Shown: positions 19,238 to 33,677 of the stretch, piece by piece
How the letters are laid out: each line of letters starts with the position of its first letter
Position numbering within the stretch: the stretch's first letter is position 1
Translations under genes and position numbers: made by a program
Assembly (NCBI GenBank): GCA_963708295.1
Contig: CAVPSJ010000004.1
Coordinates: 1,024,001-1,088,000 of the forward strand
Source: an uncultured delta proteobacterium
GTDB taxonomy: Bacteria; Desulfobacterota; BSN033; UBA1163
Direction: 5' to 3'
DNA length: 64,000 nt
The notes under the pieces: model-generated
What the model saw: the letters and a program-made list of their open reading frames with translations, nothing else
What the model was told of the DNA's origin: nothing
The model's database searches: none

Positions 19238-20500
19238 TTATGTCTCGTTTCGACCGAACTTACGGTTCGCCTGGGCCCGCCGCTGCCGCTGGAAGCTACC
19301 GTCAGCTATTTCCTTGAAGATGACCTTTTTGAAAAGTTCGAACATCCTGTAAGGCTGGGGTTTCTCCCGGTAGAAGATTTCCCATGCCTCGTCGCATAAC
19401 TGCTCGAGGCGCTCCGGGCTCATGTGTTTTGGCTGGAAGACGACCTTGTCGCAGGTGTAGTCGTCCCAGTTGTAGGAAAGGATTCGTCCCTCCGCCTGCA
19501 GGTCTGCGAAGGCCCGAGTGTGTGGAAAGGGGGTCAATACGCTGAACTCGGCCAGGTCCAATTCTATCTCCAGGAGAAAGTCGACGATGCGGCGGATATC
19601 GTCTTCCGTATGGCGGTCGAGGCCCAGGAGAATTGCTCCCTCCACGCCGATCCCGAAGTCGCGGTAGCGCTTAACCCGGTCGCGAATAAAATCCGAGGTA
19701 TCGAAGATTGCCTGATAGACAAACCACGCCCCGGCCTGGGCCGCCAGATCAAGGACTTCATCGTCGTCCTCGATGGGGTGACAGCACCACTTCTTTTTCA
19801 AAGGAATCATTTCACGGAAGAGCTGTTTTTCCCATGCCTTGTCCTGAGCCAGGGAGTTGTCAACGATGTACAGGCGGCTGTTGTCGATGGCGGCCAGCTC
19901 CTCCAGGACCTTCTCGAGAGGGCGGGGCCTGAACTCCTTTCCTCCCACGAAGCTCATGCAGCACGGGTAGCAGTTGAACCGGCATCCCCGCGAGGCATGT
20001 AAAAGATCGACCATCTGGATTCCTTTGTAATTGTAAAGCTGCCGTTTAAGGATATCCCGCCGGGCCGTGCCGACCGAAGCGATAGGCGGAAAATCCGTCA
20101 GGTAGTCGTAGACCTTCCGGAGCCGGTTATTTCGAAAATCATCCAGGACCTGTTCCATCCGTCCTTCCGCCTCCCCGAGGAAGACGGCGTCGGCGTGAAG
20201 GGACGTCTCTTCGGCGTGAAGCATCGTTGCAATGCCGCCGAAGATGACCTTCAACCCCCGCTTGCGGTACTCGTCTGCAATTTCCCAACCCCGTTTCACC
20301 TGGCTCGTCAGCATCATCGAAATCCCGACCAAATCCGCCTGATCGTTGAAATCGATTGTCTCCAGGTTCTCATCGACGAAGGTAATGTCCACCCCTTCGG
20401 GCATTGTCGCAGCAAAGACGACGGGACCGTGGGGGGGAAGATGGAACTCCGTCTGGCGTCTGAGTTTCTTCCATTTCGGGTAGATGAGTTTGAACTTCAT
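19238..20500 (-). CDS. B12-binding-domain radical SAM protein
   Basis: VIFGGIAT, DAVFLGEAEG, SRGCRFNCYPC (CxxxCxxC), LTPFPHT. Confidence 0.9.
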   Translation of the reverse strand: MKFKLIYPKWKKLRRQTEFHLPPHGPVVFAATMPEGVDITFVDENLETIDFNDQADLVGISMMLTSQVKRGWEIADEYRKRGLKVIFGGIATMLHAEETSLHADAVFLGEAEGRMEQVLDDFRNNRLRKVYDYLTDFPPIASVGTARRDILKRQLYNYKGIQMVDLLHASRGCRFNCYPCCMSFVGGKEFRPRPLEKVLEELAAIDNSRLYIVDNSLAQDKAWEKQLFREMIPLKKKWCCHPIEDDDEVLDLAAQAGAWFVYQAIFDTSDFIRDRVKRYRDFGIGVEGAILLGLDRHTEDDIRRIVDFLLEIELDLAEFSVLTPFPHTRAFADLQAEGRILSYNWDDYTCDKVVFQPKHMSPERLEQLCDEAWEIFYREKPQPYRMFELFKKVIFKEIADGSFQRQRRAQANRKFGRNET

Positions 20501-20645
20501 AATATCTTACGAAATCCCTCCAGCTTACGCCGTCGAAAATTATTGAACGGAGATTTTCAGGACGTACTTAATACCTTTTTGGCTATTGTCTGTCGAGTGG
20601 GGCATCATCTTTTCCCCCGATCCCCCCATCTCCTTATCTCCCCAC

Positions 20646-22065
20646 TCAAGAAGCCTCCTGCTGCCCTCCTACCACCAGCTCAGGAATCCTTAACGTGGGC
20701 TGGGCATCGGCGACCGGAACGCCCTGGCCGTCTTTTCCACAGGTTCCGATCCCGAACCCGAGATCATTTCCGACCATATCGATATCTTTCAGAACCTTGG
20801 GTCCGTTGCCGATCAGTGTCGCACCGCGGACGGGTTCTCCGATACTTCCTTTTTCGATCAGATATCCCTCATTCACCTCAAAAATAAAGTCTCCATTGAC
20901 CGTGTTGACCTGCCCGCCGCCCATCTTCTTTACGAATAATCCCTTCTCTACGGAATGAACAATCTCTTCCGGTTTCATCTTCCCCGGAAGGACCATCGTG
21001 TTGCTCATCCTGGGAATGGGTTTGTCCTGGTAAGATTCTCTTCTTCCGTTACCGGTTGATTCCACCCCGTCCTCCAGCGCCGTGAGCCGATCATAGAGAT
21101 ACCCCTTCAAAACTCCTCCTTCCACCAGGATGGTTCTCCGGGAGGGCACCCCCTCGTCATCAAAGGAGTAGGACCCTCTTCGCTGAGGAAGGGTGGGGTC
21201 GTCGACAACATTGATGATAGAGGAAGCGACCGCCTCTCCGACCTTCTTGGAATAGACGGAGAGACCCTGCTGGGCAAGGTCCGCCTCCAGTCCGTGGCCG
21301 ATCGCTTCATGGATCATCGTTCCCCCTGCATCGCTCGACAAGATCACCGCCATTTTCCCCATCGGGGCCTTTCTGGCGGAAAGCATCAGGAGAGATCTCC
21401 GGGCGGCCACTTGTGCCACCTCCTCCGGAGGATGAAGATCGAAGAGCTCGAAGCCCATCGTTCCTCCCGCCGGTTCATACCCGGTTTGAACCACATCCCC
21501 TTTTGCAGAAACGACCTGAACAGTGAATACTGTTCCCACTCTCTCTCCCTCGACGAAAAGCCCCTCCGAATTCGAGATGGAAAGCCTCTGATTCACATCC
21601 CGATAGAGGACCCTGACCTGTTGAACATGGGGATCGAATCTCCGGGCGACATCGTTGGCTCGTTTCACGATGGAAACCCTTTCTTCCATCGAAAGTTTCT
21701 CTGGGTTTTTTCGAATCGGAGAAGGGGAACCGGAAACCGGAAAAGACGAAAGTGCCGGTCGTTTTGACTGAGCAAGACCGATGGTCTTTCCCCCTCCCCC
21801 CTCTTTCGCGGACCGGCTTATCCTTCTTGCCAAATCCAACAGGGATTCCTTTGAGAGGTCGGTTGTGAAACCATAAAACGTTTTTCTGTTGAAGAGGATT
21901 CGAAGTCCCACCCCTCTATCCAGGCCCGAGACCACCTTCTCAATTCGATCCTCTTCACAAGTGATGACCACCGAATGGGTTTGTTCAAAAAAGAGATCTG
22001 CAAACTCCCCTCCCTCCCGGAGGGCCTCATGCAGTATTTCTTGGTATGGAATGGTCTACGATCAC
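20646..22065 (-). CDS. tldD: TldD/PmbA family metalloprotease (apparent frameshift near the 5' end)
   Basis: IHEAIGHGLEAD, FDDEG, STGNGRRE, PRMSNT, CGKDGQ; GTG at 22065 with RBS is 1 nt out of frame with the body. Confidence 0.9.
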
Positions 22066-22105
22066 ATTTCCTCCTGCCCCACAGAATAAATCACCAAGGG
22101 ATTCA

Positions 22106-22435
22106 TCAAAAGCCCGAAATCCGAATGTCGAAATCCGAAACAAATCCAAAATTCAAAGAGTCGGATTTATGGACAAAGCATGTCATTTGACATTTGGATT
22201 TTGGGCAATTGTGCTTCGGATTTAGGACAATTGGTTCAATGGTCATTTCCTTCCGCAGCCCTTCTAAGACCTCTTCCAAGTCTTTTTCCCATCCCGGGGC
22301 CACCATCAACTCCACCACCGCTTCGTAGGGATCCTTGGTCCTCACTACAGCCATTCCCTCATAGGATTCGAGGATGAATTTGAAATACGCGATGTCTTCA
22401 CGGCGCAATCTGAAATATTTAGACTGAGTGTCCAT
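22106..22435 (-). CDS. DUF4911-like small protein
   Basis: REDIAYFKFILESYEGMAVVRT motif; the C-terminal tail reads through heptamer repeats. Confidence 0.75.
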   Translation of the reverse strand: MDTQSKYFRLRREDIAYFKFILESYEGMAVVRTKDPYEAVVELMVAPGWEKDLEEVLEGLRKEMTIEPIVLNPKHNCPKSKCQMTCFVHKSDSLNFGFVSDFDIRISGF

Positions 22436-22436
22436 G

Positions 22437-22485
22437 CCCCCTCACTCTTCCCCTCTCCCCACTGGGGAGAGGGCGGGGTGAGGGG
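22437..22485. repeat. REP-like palindrome
   Basis: cccctcac...ccctctcccc-act-ggggagaggg...gtgagggg. Confidence 0.65.
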
Positions 22486-22817
22486 AATCGAGCCGAGTAT
22501 CAAAAATGTTTCTGCATTTGTAATAGTACACTCCTGTTCCTCATTTTCGCAACCCTTATTGCAGTTCTAAGACTTTTGAAGTCCGGTCTGCTCATTTCGT
22601 GAAATTGGAGATTGCGTCCTGATCGATGGGAGACGGGTATAGCTGGGCAGGATTCAAGGGAAAACCTGTTTCAGGAATCCTGCGCGGCCATCCTGTTGCC
22701 CGCGCACGGGCCGTGAGCCCGGAGGGGATTTGCCCCATCGCGGTCGAGAAAGAACTGGACGAGGGCAAGTGCTCCCATCTTGACACCCTTACCCTTTTGA
22801 ATGGACAATGAATAAAT

Positions 22818-26232
<3,415 letters not shown>

Positions 26233-26298
26233 TATGGTAAATAACATCGAGTTCATTCTCATCGGAGGGAGAGGTCCGTTAACAGAAAGATCCGCAGG

Positions 26299-27210
26299 AT
26301 GGTGACGATGGCGAAGAAGATGATATTCCTATGGATTTTACTTTTTCTGGCTGTTTCGTTTTCGGGCTGTCAGAAACCAGAGGAAAAGGGGCTGGGGGAA
26401 AAAGATCTGGTAAAGATCGAGGATATTTCCATCTCCATGGAAGAATTTCAGCAGATGCTGGAAAGACAACCCCTGGAAGGGAAGATGAAGCTGTTAAGCC
26501 AGAAGGGGACGAGAGATTTTCTTGAAAATTATGTCATCCCTCGAGAAGTCCTCTATCAGGAAGCTAAGAAGAACGGCTTGGATAAGAATAAAGAAATTCT
26601 GGCCAAGATCGACGATGCAAGAAGGGCCATTCTCATCGACGCCCTTCTCGAAGAGGCATTGAGAAAGACAGGGGAGGTCTCGGAAGAGGAGATTCAACGA
26701 TATTATAAGGATAACCCGACCCTCTTTACGGAGCCCCAGGAGATAAAGATACGTCACATTGTTGTCAATACGGAGCCCGCTCTGAAAGAGGTGGTGACAA
26801 AGCTCTCGAACGGTGAAAGTTTTGAGAAGTTAGCCTCCACCTATAATATCGGTCATTTCAAGGAGGACGGGGGAAATCTCGGCTACATTCGCCGTGGGCA
26901 GTTGGCCCCTCCCTTTGCTCAGTTTGAAGAAGCCGCCTTTTCCCTCAGGAAAAGGGGGGAGATCAGCGAAGTCGTCAGCACGCCCTATGGGTATCATATC
27001 CTCCGATTGGAAGATCTGCGGGGCAGCGCCTTGAAGCCCCTGAATCGGGTCAAGGAAAGGATTCGCTTTTTCCTCCAGCCGAAAAAGAAACAGGAGGCCT
27101 ATCTCGAATATGTGAAGGAAGCAAAATCGAAAACCAAGATTCTCATCAATGAGAAGCTCTGGGCTGAAGAAGAGAAAAAAGAGGCGAAGCCGGCGGAAGG
27201 CAAGAAATGA
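26299..27210 (+). CDS. PpiC-type peptidyl-prolyl isomerase lipoprotein
   Basis: Lipobox FSGC; RHIVV, GGNLGY, FEEAAFSL, YGYHIL. Confidence 0.9.
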   Translation: MVTMAKKMIFLWILLFLAVSFSGCQKPEEKGLGEKDLVKIEDISISMEEFQQMLERQPLEGKMKLLSQKGTRDFLENYVIPREVLYQEAKKNGLDKNKEILAKIDDARRAILIDALLEEALRKTGEVSEEEIQRYYKDNPTLFTEPQEIKIRHIVVNTEPALKEVVTKLSNGESFEKLASTYNIGHFKEDGGNLGYIRRGQLAPPFAQFEEAAFSLRKRGEISEVVSTPYGYHILRLEDLRGSALKPLNRVKERIRFFLQPKKKQEAYLEYVKEAKSKTKILINEKLWAEEEKKEAKPAEGKK

Positions 27211-28136
27211 AGCGATCTTTTATCCTTTTTACCTTAGGCCTCTTCTTGTCTTTCCTCGTGGGATGTAACCCGTGGGGAGCAGGACTGCCCGATCATATTA
27301 TCGCCCAAGTCAATGAGGAGCAAATACCCGTTGAAGAATTTGACCGGGAATTTAAGGAGTTGATCTTAGAATCGGATAAGGACGCAAAAGGAACCGATCT
27401 CGGGAACCTGAGACGGGTGTGTCTCGATCAGATCATCGAGCGCAAGATTCTTGTCCAGGAGGCCCGACGTTTGGGCGTCAAGGTTTCTCCGGAGGAGCTG
27501 AATCAGGCCATTGTCGATATCGAAACCGATTATCCCGAAAAGGGATTTGGGGAGAAGTTGGGCCTCAAGGGCGTGACCCTCGAGGAATGGAAAGCTCGAC
27601 TGGAAGAAAGGATGTTGGCGGAGAAAGCCATCCGGGGGAGCTTCCGTACCCAGGAAAAAATCGACGAGAAGGAAGCTCTTCAATATTATGAGGATCATCG
27701 GTCCTCATTTCAAATTGAACAGAAGGTGAGGGCACGTCAGATCGTTGTGGCGGATGGGGAAGAGGCGATTCAGATTCTGAAACGACTGAAAAAAGGGGAA
27801 CCCTTTGAGAAGGTGGCCAGGGAAAAGTCGCTGGGACCCGAGAGAGTTCAGGGGGGAGATTTGGGTTATTTCAGCCAGGGGGAGAAGCCCTCTGAATTCA
27901 ATCATGTTTTTAGTATGGAGGTGGGAGCGGTCAGTGGAGTGATCAAGAGTCCTTACGGTTATCATATTTTTAAGCTGGAGGGGAAAATCGAGCCCAGGGA
28001 GGTTCCCTTTTCGGAAGCCCGGTTAGAGATTCTGCAAGCCCTTGGGCAAAAGAAAAGCGAAGAAAATTATCAGAAGTGGTTCAAAAACCTCAAAGAAAAG
28101 GCGAAGGTGAAGGTCAACAAGAAATGGTTCAAATGA
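27207..28136 (+). CDS. PpiC-type PPIase with SurA N-terminal domain, lipoprotein
   Basis: LVGC; RARQIVV, GGDLGYF, SPYGYHIFK. Confidence 0.9.
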   Translation: MKRSFILFTLGLFLSFLVGCNPWGAGLPDHIIAQVNEEQIPVEEFDREFKELILESDKDAKGTDLGNLRRVCLDQIIERKILVQEARRLGVKVSPEELNQAIVDIETDYPEKGFGEKLGLKGVTLEEWKARLEERMLAEKAIRGSFRTQEKIDEKEALQYYEDHRSSFQIEQKVRARQIVVADGEEAIQILKRLKKGEPFEKVAREKSLGPERVQGGDLGYFSQGEKPSEFNHVFSMEVGAVSGVIKSPYGYHIFKLEGKIEPREVPFSEARLEILQALGQKKSEENYQKWFKNLKEKAKVKVNKKWFK

Positions 28137-28155
28137 GAAAGGGAGCAGAGAGGGC

Positions 28156-29118
28156 ATGAAAAGGGTCTTTTCCCTATTGGGAGTCATTCTTTTCTTATGC
28201 GGATGGACCCCGTTCTGTGAAGCCGTCGTGGACCGCGTCGTGGCCGTGGTTAATAAAGAGATTATCACGCTCTCCGAAGTCGAAAAGCGGATGCCCCAGT
28301 TGAGAGAAGAGATCATGAACGGGGATCGTTTAGAGAAGCAGGAACGAATGCAGGCCCTCTGCGGACAGGTGTTGGAGAGGCTGATTGAGGAGAAACTGAT
28401 TGACCAGGAAGCGAAGAAGTCCGGAATCAAAATTTCCAACAAAGAAGTCGAGGCAGCCTTGGAGGAAATCAAGCGCCGAAATAGCGCCACCCAGGAGGAT
28501 TTGGAGAAGGCGTTAGCCGTTGAAGGGCTGACGGTAGAGACCTATAAGAAACAGGTCGAGAAAAGCATCCAGCGACAGAGGTTGATCAGCTTGTCGGTAA
28601 AGGTTGAAGAGAAACCTGGAGAAAAAGAGTTGAGGGAATTTTATCAAAGGAATATCAGCCGCTATCGAACCAACGAAACCTATCGACCCGCCCAGATCCT
28701 CTTCGCCATTCGGAGAGGGGCAACACCGGAGGAGATTCAGGAGATCAGGAAGAGGTGTCAGAATGTCTTAGAAAGGATCAAGAAAGGAGAGGATTTTGGG
28801 GAAATGGCTCTTCTGTATTCAGAGGATCCCTCAAATAAGGACCGTGGGGATTTGGGCTATTTTAGGAGGGGAGAACTCCTCCCTGTCTTTGAAAGAGAGG
28901 CGTTGCGCCTCAATGTGGGAGAGGTGAGTGGAATTATTCGAACAGACTTCGGTTTCCATATTATTAAACTTCTTGATCGAAAGGGAACGGACCCTCTCCC
29001 TTTTGAGGAGGTTTTGGAAAGAGTAAAAGCAGACTATTATGAGGGTGAAATGGAAAAGGCATTCAAGCAGTATCTCAGCACTTTAAAAGAGAAAGCCGTC
29101 ATCGAAATCAAACTCTGA
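28156..29118 (+). CDS. surA: SurA-like chaperone/PPIase
   Basis: VVDRVVAVVNKEIITLSE, GDLGYF, GFHIIKL. Confidence 0.85.
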   Translation: MKRVFSLLGVILFLCGWTPFCEAVVDRVVAVVNKEIITLSEVEKRMPQLREEIMNGDRLEKQERMQALCGQVLERLIEEKLIDQEAKKSGIKISNKEVEAALEEIKRRNSATQEDLEKALAVEGLTVETYKKQVEKSIQRQRLISLSVKVEEKPGEKELREFYQRNISRYRTNETYRPAQILFAIRRGATPEEIQEIRKRCQNVLERIKKGEDFGEMALLYSEDPSNKDRGDLGYFRRGELLPVFEREALRLNVGEVSGIIRTDFGFHIIKLLDRKGTDPLPFEEVLERVKADYYEGEMEKAFKQYLSTLKEKAVIEIKL

Positions 29119-29322
29119 CCGGAACCCAGATCGGTCTAGGCCTCCTTTAGCCGAACTCCGGACAGCCTAGGATAACCCAAAACAGGACCACCGCTACAGC
29201 GACGCTCAAGATAATGTTAAACAAAATGTCCTTGAGAATGGTTGTCTGCATCGCTCTTCGATGAAGGAACCCGCTTCTGGTTCGCCCCCCATCCGGACGA
29301 AGTGGAAAACGCCGCCGGGCGG

Positions 29323-29982
29323 TTATTCCAATCTCTTCTCGTACTCTCCTTGTTTCTGATTGACTTGAACGGCATAGTTCAAATTCGGATGCGCAGCATT
29401 TTCACCGTTGTTATAATCCGTCAGGGTCTTGGCCATTCTCGCTTTATGATTGGTTAAGTGCTTATTTTGATCGTAGAAATCCTTGAGAATCTCGCATCCT
29501 ATCGTGATATTCAGATACGGATCGGTCATCGCCCTCCGATCCACGTTCAGATTAAGCTTGACCACGTACGCGTCCCATTTGAAAGGCATAATCTGCATCA
29601 GTCCCTGAGCACCTTTGGATGATCTGGCATTGGGATAGAATTCGGATTCCTGGTGGATCACGGCCATAATCAGTGACAACGGCAGGTCCAGTTCTCTTGA
29701 TTTCTTGACGATCGCCTCTGCAATATCGAGCCCCTGGCCGAGGCTGTACCCCTTGGTTCTCAGGATCCCATAAAGCTTATCCTTGATGCGATACTCCTCG
29801 ATGATCTGCATGACATCGGAGTAAGAGGGCACCGTATTCTTTTTCTCAAGGGCAACCGTCGCCAGAACTGCGATGGCGATCATATAGACCAGGTTTACAA
29901 CGACAAATCGGAAAATCCATTTTCTTCGAATCTTTATGAACCTTTCCTTTAAAACAACTCCGGAGTTGGATTTCTCTCCCAT
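29323..29982 (-). CDS. Membrane-anchored lytic transglycosylase (SLT domain)
   Basis: AVIHQES, GAQGLMQI, DPYLNI..G, YNNG; N-terminal TM helix. Confidence 0.9.
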   Translation of the reverse strand: MGEKSNSGVVLKERFIKIRRKWIFRFVVVNLVYMIAIAVLATVALEKKNTVPSYSDVMQIIEEYRIKDKLYGILRTKGYSLGQGLDIAEAIVKKSRELDLPLSLIMAVIHQESEFYPNARSSKGAQGLMQIMPFKWDAYVVKLNLNVDRRAMTDPYLNITIGCEILKDFYDQNKHLTNHKARMAKTLTDYNNGENAAHPNLNYAVQVNQKQGEYEKRLE

Positions 29983-30501
29983 AACCTCGCACTCCTCGTT
30001 TAATGGAATTTTCTTTGCAATAGACTGATGCAGTCTAAGAGTTCGGTCCGTCCGATGCCTTTTCTAACCCACGCATCTTGAAAAGATCCCTTCATGGTAG
30101 TCTATAAGCTCCAAGTTCCATGCCAATACTGTATTTTTACATGAACTCAGCCAGGTTACCCTCATTTTTATCCAAATACATAAAGGGCCTCCATAGAAAA
30201 GGAACCCTTTTTCTCTTTTTTCCTGTTTCCTTTCCTCATTTTCTTGGGAGAGCTGAAATTGTTTTCGCCTCATATGTCTTCATTCGTGATCAGGTTTCTT
30301 TAGGAATTCTGAGATATCCCTGAGTGCTTTGAGTACTGCCCTGGTCTGGGTTAGTAAGGTAAGATAGGAGGAAAACAAACGCGGACTGTGGCCAGAGGAC
30401 GATCTGTTTCTCGCTATTGAGACCGGGGGAACGGGAACAAACGGCGAGTGGGCTGTTTCGGGTGCAAGGACTCGCTCATGCTTCTACCCACCCCTCTTTC
30501 C

Positions 30502-31053
30502 TCAGTTTTGTCTTCCCGAAGCCTTGCGAAGGTCGCTGAGAAAGTCGGGAGGAATCTTATAGCCTAAATCCTGTGCCTTCTTAATATCCACCCAGGATCT
30601 ATCGTACTCCTGCTTCGAGTAATAGGCAACGCCTCGATTAAAGAAGATTTCAGGGTTCTTTGAATCTATCTGGAGAGCTTTGTTGTAATCAGAGATGGCC
30701 TTGTCATACTGACCTTTTTCGATAAAGGCGTTTCCGCGGTTACAGTAGGCTCGGGCCTCCTTTGAATCGATCAGAAGTACCGCACCATAATCGGAGATGG
30801 CCTGATCATGCAGGCCTTTGCGCCTATAAGCAATCCCCCGGTTAAGATAGGCCTCCACGTATTTTGGGCTTAGCTCAAGAGCCTTGTTATAATCCAAGAT
30901 GGCTTGATCGTATTCCCCTTGTTGCAGATGCTGTGTTCCCAGGGTGAAGTAGGCTTCCGCCTGTTGGCTCGGCATCGGACGACTTGATCCGCACGAAAAT
31001 AACATGGGAATGCAAATTGTCATCACGATCCATAAAGCCGTTTTGCCTTTCAT
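30502..31053 (-). CDS. TPR-repeat lipoprotein
   Basis: Lipobox LFSC; four TPRs (AYLNRG...AISDY). Confidence 0.9.
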   Translation of the reverse strand: MKGKTALWIVMTICIPMLFSCGSSRPMPSQQAEAYFTLGTQHLQQGEYDQAILDYNKALELSPKYVEAYLNRGIAYRRKGLHDQAISDYGAVLLIDSKEARAYCNRGNAFIEKGQYDKAISDYNKALQIDSKNPEIFFNRGVAYYSKQEYDRSWVDIKKAQDLGYKIPPDFLSDLRKASGRQN

Positions 31054-31484
31054 GAAGGGGCTCCTTGCACATTGCCAATTTTTCCGTACCCAATATCGAT
31101 CATGGAATAAACTTTACCTCCTTTAACAGAATCTGTCAATCGGTGACAGAAGCTTATCTCCTCCAGTGATCCCGCACACGGCATATCACCGGGTTCCGCC
31201 ATTCCTAAAAGCTCCAAATTTTTTCTCTAAGAGCCCCCGACGGGCCTCCCATACACTCTCTTCTCGTATGTTTTATGGAGAGCTCATCGATTGAAGAAGA
31301 TTGCAAGAGGTTCTATGATTTGATCAAGAGATCCTGGCTTGATCCTGCGTCGGGATTAGGAAAAGGATTGAACAAAAGGGTCGCCATAGCAACGTGGGGC
31401 AAGGACAGTGAATTGGCTGTAAAAGCAGAGCGGAGGGAATGAAGTTGCCGCCGCGGAGCTTTCTTCCGCCGCGAAAAGAGGCCT

Positions 31485-32102
31485 TTAATAGGGAGAAGAA
31501 AAGAAAGTATCAAAGACATCGGCTAAAATCTCATTCATGATTGCCCCTACCCTTTCAGGGGTGGACCTTGCAACCGTGATTTCTTTCTCCATCTCTACAT
31601 TTCGTGTAAAAACCTTGCCTTCACTTTTCACTCCGAGATGAATCACCAATTGAACCGTGGTCTTAATATTTGACCTCAACAGACTTCCCGTCCCCTCCGA
31701 CCAGAATTTCTTGATTTCGATCGTCAACACAGAGTCAGCGTCGATATCTTTGAGAGATTCGGGCGTCGCATCCCAATTTGACACGGATACTGCCTTAACC
31801 CCTAGCCAGGAAAGCGCATCGCCCAAAGACTTTTCAAGCGCTCTTTCCAAAGGCATAGGAAGGGTTTCAAAATGAGTTGCCAGCCCTTGAAGAGGGAAAT
31901 GGATTCCAATGTAAGATTTTTCCTGACGCTCGTCTTTAAAGGGAGCGATCCCGATTCTCGAACCGAGCTTCTGTTGTAGGGAAGGAAATACCCTCTTGGG
32001 TTGATAACGGAGAGGAATGGAGTAGATTTGTGCCTCAGCACAATCAACGGCAAAGAGGATAAGAAAAAGCATCAAAATTGAACGAGTCTTCCACTTTTTC
32101 AC
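31485..32102 (-). CDS. Exported hypothetical protein (YajG-like)
   Basis: Signal peptide; IGIAPFKDER; IEIKKFW. Confidence 0.55.
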   Translation of the reverse strand: MKKWKTRSILMLFLILFAVDCAEAQIYSIPLRYQPKRVFPSLQQKLGSRIGIAPFKDERQEKSYIGIHFPLQGLATHFETLPMPLERALEKSLGDALSWLGVKAVSVSNWDATPESLKDIDADSVLTIEIKKFWSEGTGSLLRSNIKTTVQLVIHLGVKSEGKVFTRNVEMEKEITVARSTPERVGAIMNEILADVFDTFFSSPY

Positions 32103-32201
32103 ACATTGCCTCCTTATTCAAGCCTTCTTCTCATCGGATGGCAATTTTCTAAGATGGAATAGGTGTTTTGTCAAATTTTCGGGAAAAGGAAAGCCGAATG
32201 A

Positions 32202-32513
32202 TCAGCGGTTGGATGGATTTCATCAGCACTAGGAAGAGTTCAGGACCTCGTGTTCGATCCGAGTGGTCGTGTCATCTTCGCGATCATCGGATACTCGACT
32301 TTTAGCTGGAGATTAATCGGGGAGAATTCAGTGGCGGTTCCCTTCAATACGTTGGTTTACGAACGAAAAGCAAAGCATCCACGGGTCATGGTAGATATCC
32401 CTCTGGAGAAATTTAAATCCGCTCCACGGTTCGCGAAAGCTGATTTGACGGATCGTCGACGGGAGGCAGAGATTTACAGATACTTTGGCCAGCAACCTTA
32501 TTGGACGGAATAG
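32202..32513 (+). pseudogene. 5'-truncated PRC-barrel protein
   Basis: GRVQDLVFDPSGRVIFAII...VAVPF...FKSAPRF...IYRYFGQQPYW; in-frame stop upstream and no convincing start. Confidence 0.65.
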
Positions 32514-32580
32514 GAAACGACCGGAAAATAGTTTCGGCCCGGATTGTTAGCGGCGGGATCGGATCGAAGTGAAGCCGGCG

Positions 32581-32961
32581 TTACCTCCAATAGCGGCGAT
32601 AGGGATAGTGGTAAGGATAGTATGGGTACGGATAATAATAAGGATAGGGATAATAATAGGGATACGGATGGGCGTAATAATAGGAGGGGGGTTGCCGACG
32701 GCATTCCGTCCCGACCACTCGATCTTGAGAAAAAGTGAGCACGCAAACAGAATCTGTATTTGAAAAATGGTATTCCCAGGTTTCAACACTCTTCCCGTTT
32801 ACAGTTTTATACGTGATCAGGTCTGTCTTTCCCCACAGGGATACCACTTCTTCTTTCGTCATGTTAGGTTTAATATCTGAAACATGACGGGGGTGACATG
32901 AAGAAGAAATGAGAATAAGAGCCACGAAAAGAGTCAGATAGGCAATGCGTTTTGTTTTCAA
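32581..32961 (-). CDS. SmpA/OmlA-like lipoprotein with a Tyr/Pro-repeat tail
   Basis: ISSSC lipobox; PNMTKEEVVSLWG...ETWEY; C-terminal (YYYPYP)n. Confidence 0.75.
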   Translation of the reverse strand: MKTKRIAYLTLFVALILISSSCHPRHVSDIKPNMTKEEVVSLWGKTDLITYKTVNGKSVETWEYHFSNTDSVCVLTFSQDRVVGTECRRQPPSYYYAHPYPYYYPYPYYYPYPYYPYHYPYRRYWR

Positions 32962-33233
32962 TTCCCTGGTCTCCTTCTTTCACGGAAGCTTCTTGTCTCG
33001 GCCTCTTGATCCAGTGACTCTCTATTCTAATAGTAGTCATAAGATCCATAGAAATCAAGCGAAAATCCTTGCACGGAAGGGTGTACAATGGGTTTACTGC
33101 CTGAAGTCTATTTTGTGGGAAGGATTGGGTTTGACTTGATGTAGGCGTTGTCCTCGGGATTGTAAAGTCTGCTGATGAAAAAGTTGGCCAGGAATACAAC
33201 CTTGAAAAGACAGGCCATCATTTCTTTCGGGCA

Positions 33234-33638
33234 TTACATCATGCCAGTGACGAAAGAAAACACCGTATTCGTTCGCCGTACCCTCCCGTCTCGAACATAT
33301 TCAACGTAACATTCCAGTTTGTTCCTGTCAGGAGGAGCGTAAAGCGGCACGTCGATACTAGCCTCCGATCCATACTCCACATTCGTTGCGCGAATACAGT
33401 GCGGGCTATCCCCTGGCCAAGTGAAACATACCCTGCGAATCTCCGGTTTACCATCTGCCTCAAAAGAGATCGTAACCCGATAAAGTATGCCCACTTTGAG
33501 GTTCCCATTTTCAGGGACGTCCATCCCTAATAGCCTGAGCTCTCCTGGCCCGAGAGGTTCCTTCGGTACCGTGGCGCAAGAAGAAATCGCTAACAGAACA
33601 ACGACACTCATAAGGATAGCAGTCAAAACCCCCTTCAT
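33234..33638 (-). CDS. Hypothetical lipoprotein
   Basis: Lipobox ISSC; GAGG RBS. Confidence 0.75.
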   Translation of the reverse strand: MKGVLTAILMSVVVLLAISSCATVPKEPLGPGELRLLGMDVPENGNLKVGILYRVTISFEADGKPEIRRVCFTWPGDSPHCIRATNVEYGSEASIDVPLYAPPDRNKLECYVEYVRDGRVRRTNTVFSFVTGMM

Positions 33639-33677
33639 ATCCTCATACCTCCCATGAAATGTGATGCTTGGTTAACC

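Noticed and set aside
32600-32685. CRISPR-like repeats
   Set aside because: These are short tandem coding repeats (Tyr/Pro) with no unique spacers and no cas genes.
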